DNA of 64,000 nt from the NCBI GenBank assembly GCA_052327205.1, contig CM126226.1, forward strand, positions 1,426,001 to 1,490,000, read 5' to 3'. The stretch comes from Somniosus microcephalus. Its lineage: Eukaryota. The notes under the pieces were generated by a model. That model ran no database searches, had not been told where the DNA came from, and saw only the letters and a list, made by a program, of their open reading frames with translations. Positions 62,516 to 64,000 of this stretch are shown piece by piece. Position numbers and translations under genes: made by a program. Position 1 is the first letter of the stretch. The number at the start of each line of letters is the position of its first letter.

Positions 62516-64000
62516 TCTCGCCCTGCTCTCTCCCTCAGTCTCCACTCTCGCCCTGCTCTCTCCCTCAGTCTTCAGTCTCGCCCTGCTCTCTCCCTCAGTC
62601 TCCAGTCTCGCCCTGCTCTCTCCCTCAGTCTCCAGTCTCGCCCTGCTCTCTCCCTCAGTCTCCACTCTCGCCCTGCTCTCTCCCTCAGTCTCTAGTCTCG
62701 CCCTGCTCTCTCTCTCAGTCTCCAGTCTCGCCCTGCTCTCTCCCTCAGTCTCCAGTCTCGCCCTGCTCTCTCCCTCAGTCTCCAGTCTCGCCCCGCTCTC
62801 TCCCTCAGTCTCCAGTCTCGCCCTGCTCTCTCCCTCAGTCTCCAGTCTCGCCCTGCTCTCTCCTACAGTCTCGCCCTGCTCTCTCCCTCAGTCTCCAGTC
62901 TCGCCCTGCTCCCTCCCTCAGTCTCCAGTCTCGCCCTGCTCTCTCCCTCAGTCTCCAGTCTCGCCCTGCTCTCTCCCTCAGTCTCCAGTCTCGCCCTGCT
63001 CTCTCCCTCAGTCTCCGGTCTCGCCCTGCTCTCTCCCTCAGTCTCCAGTCTCGCCCTGCTCTCTCCCTCAGTCTCTCCACTCTCGCCCTGCTCTCTCCCT
63101 CAGTCTCCAGTCTCGCCCTGCTCTCTCCCTCAGTCTCCAGTCTCGCCCTGCTCTCTCCCTCAGTCTCCAGTCTCGCCCTGCTCTCTCCCTCAGTCTCCAG
63201 TCTCGCCCTGCTCTCTCCCTCAGTCTCCAGTCTCGCCCTGCTCTCTCCCTCAGTCTCCAGTCTCGCCCTGCTCTCTCCCTCAGTCTCCAGTCTCGCCCTG
63301 CTCTCTCCCTCAGTCTCCAGTCTCGCCCTGCTCTCTCCCTCAGTCTCCAGTCTCGCCCTGCTCTCTCCCTCAGTCTCCAGTCTCGCCCTGCTCTCTCCCT
63401 CAGTCTCCAGTCTCGCCCTGCTCTCTCCCTCAGTCTCCAGTCTCGCCCTGCTCTCTCCCTCAGTCTCTAGTCTCGCCCTGCTCTCTCCCTCAGTCTCCGG
63501 TCTCACCCTGCTCTCTCCCTCAGTCTCCGGTCTCGCCCTGCTCTCTCCCTCAGTCTCCGGTCTCGCCCTGCTCTCTCCCTCAGTCTCCAGTCTCGCCCTG
63601 CTCTCTCCTTCAGTCTCCAGTCTCGCCCTGCTCTCTCCCTCAGTCTCTAGTCTCGCCCTGCTCTCTCCCTCAGTCTCCAGTCTCGCCCTGCTCTCTCCCT
63701 CAGTCTCTAGTCTCGCCCTGCTCTCTCTCTCAGTCTCCAGTCTCGCCCTGCTCTCTCCCTCAGTCTCTAGTCTCGCCCTGCTCTCTCCCTCAGTCTCCAG
63801 TCTCGCCCTGCTCTCTCCCTCAGTCTCTAGTCTCGCCCTGCTCTCTCCCTCAGTCTCCAGTCTCGCCCTGCTCTCTCCCTCAGTCTCTAGTCTCGCCCTG
63901 CTCTCTCCCTCAGTCTCCACTCTCGCCCTGCTCTCTCCGTCAGTCTCTAGTCTCGCCCTGCTCTCTCCCTCAGTCTCTAGTCTCGCCCTGCTCTCTCCTT
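62516..64000. repeat. 30-bp pyrimidine-rich minisatellite, at least 49 copies, runs off the window (TCTCGCCCTGCTCTCTCCCTCAGTCTCCAG)
   Basis: Read directly; related units also at 60826-60922. Confidence 0.98.

Noticed and set aside
62835-63920. 361-aa (ETEGESRARL)n ORF
   Set aside because: Translation of the 30-bp minisatellite.

Overview
Vertebrate genomic DNA, almost certainly from a cartilaginous fish (shark), judged from its HE1/V-SINEs, Deu-SINE, HER1/CR1, L2 and Penelope repeats. The window lies inside the perlecan gene (HSPG2, + strand). Twelve phase-compatible GT-AG exons at 14446-47776 encode the third laminin-IV (L4) module, the following laminin-EGF repeats and two Ig modules at the start of domain IV. 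Upstream are three more phase-0 candidate exons (4624-4725, 6227-6529, 11752-11850) that splice in frame into this chain but match nothing I recall in canonical human perlecan. They encode a twice-repeated (E/D)Q-x-R-x-D-x-x-I-W motif, an RAKR furin-type site and a Ser/Pro-rich spacer, and are the most interesting signal: a possible cleavable insert or an alternative N-terminus. Introns are rich in retroelements, including Penelope repeats with minimal hammerhead ribozymes, MITE-like elements and several large minisatellites that produce the long spurious ORFs. All homology calls come from recalled sequence, not a database search.
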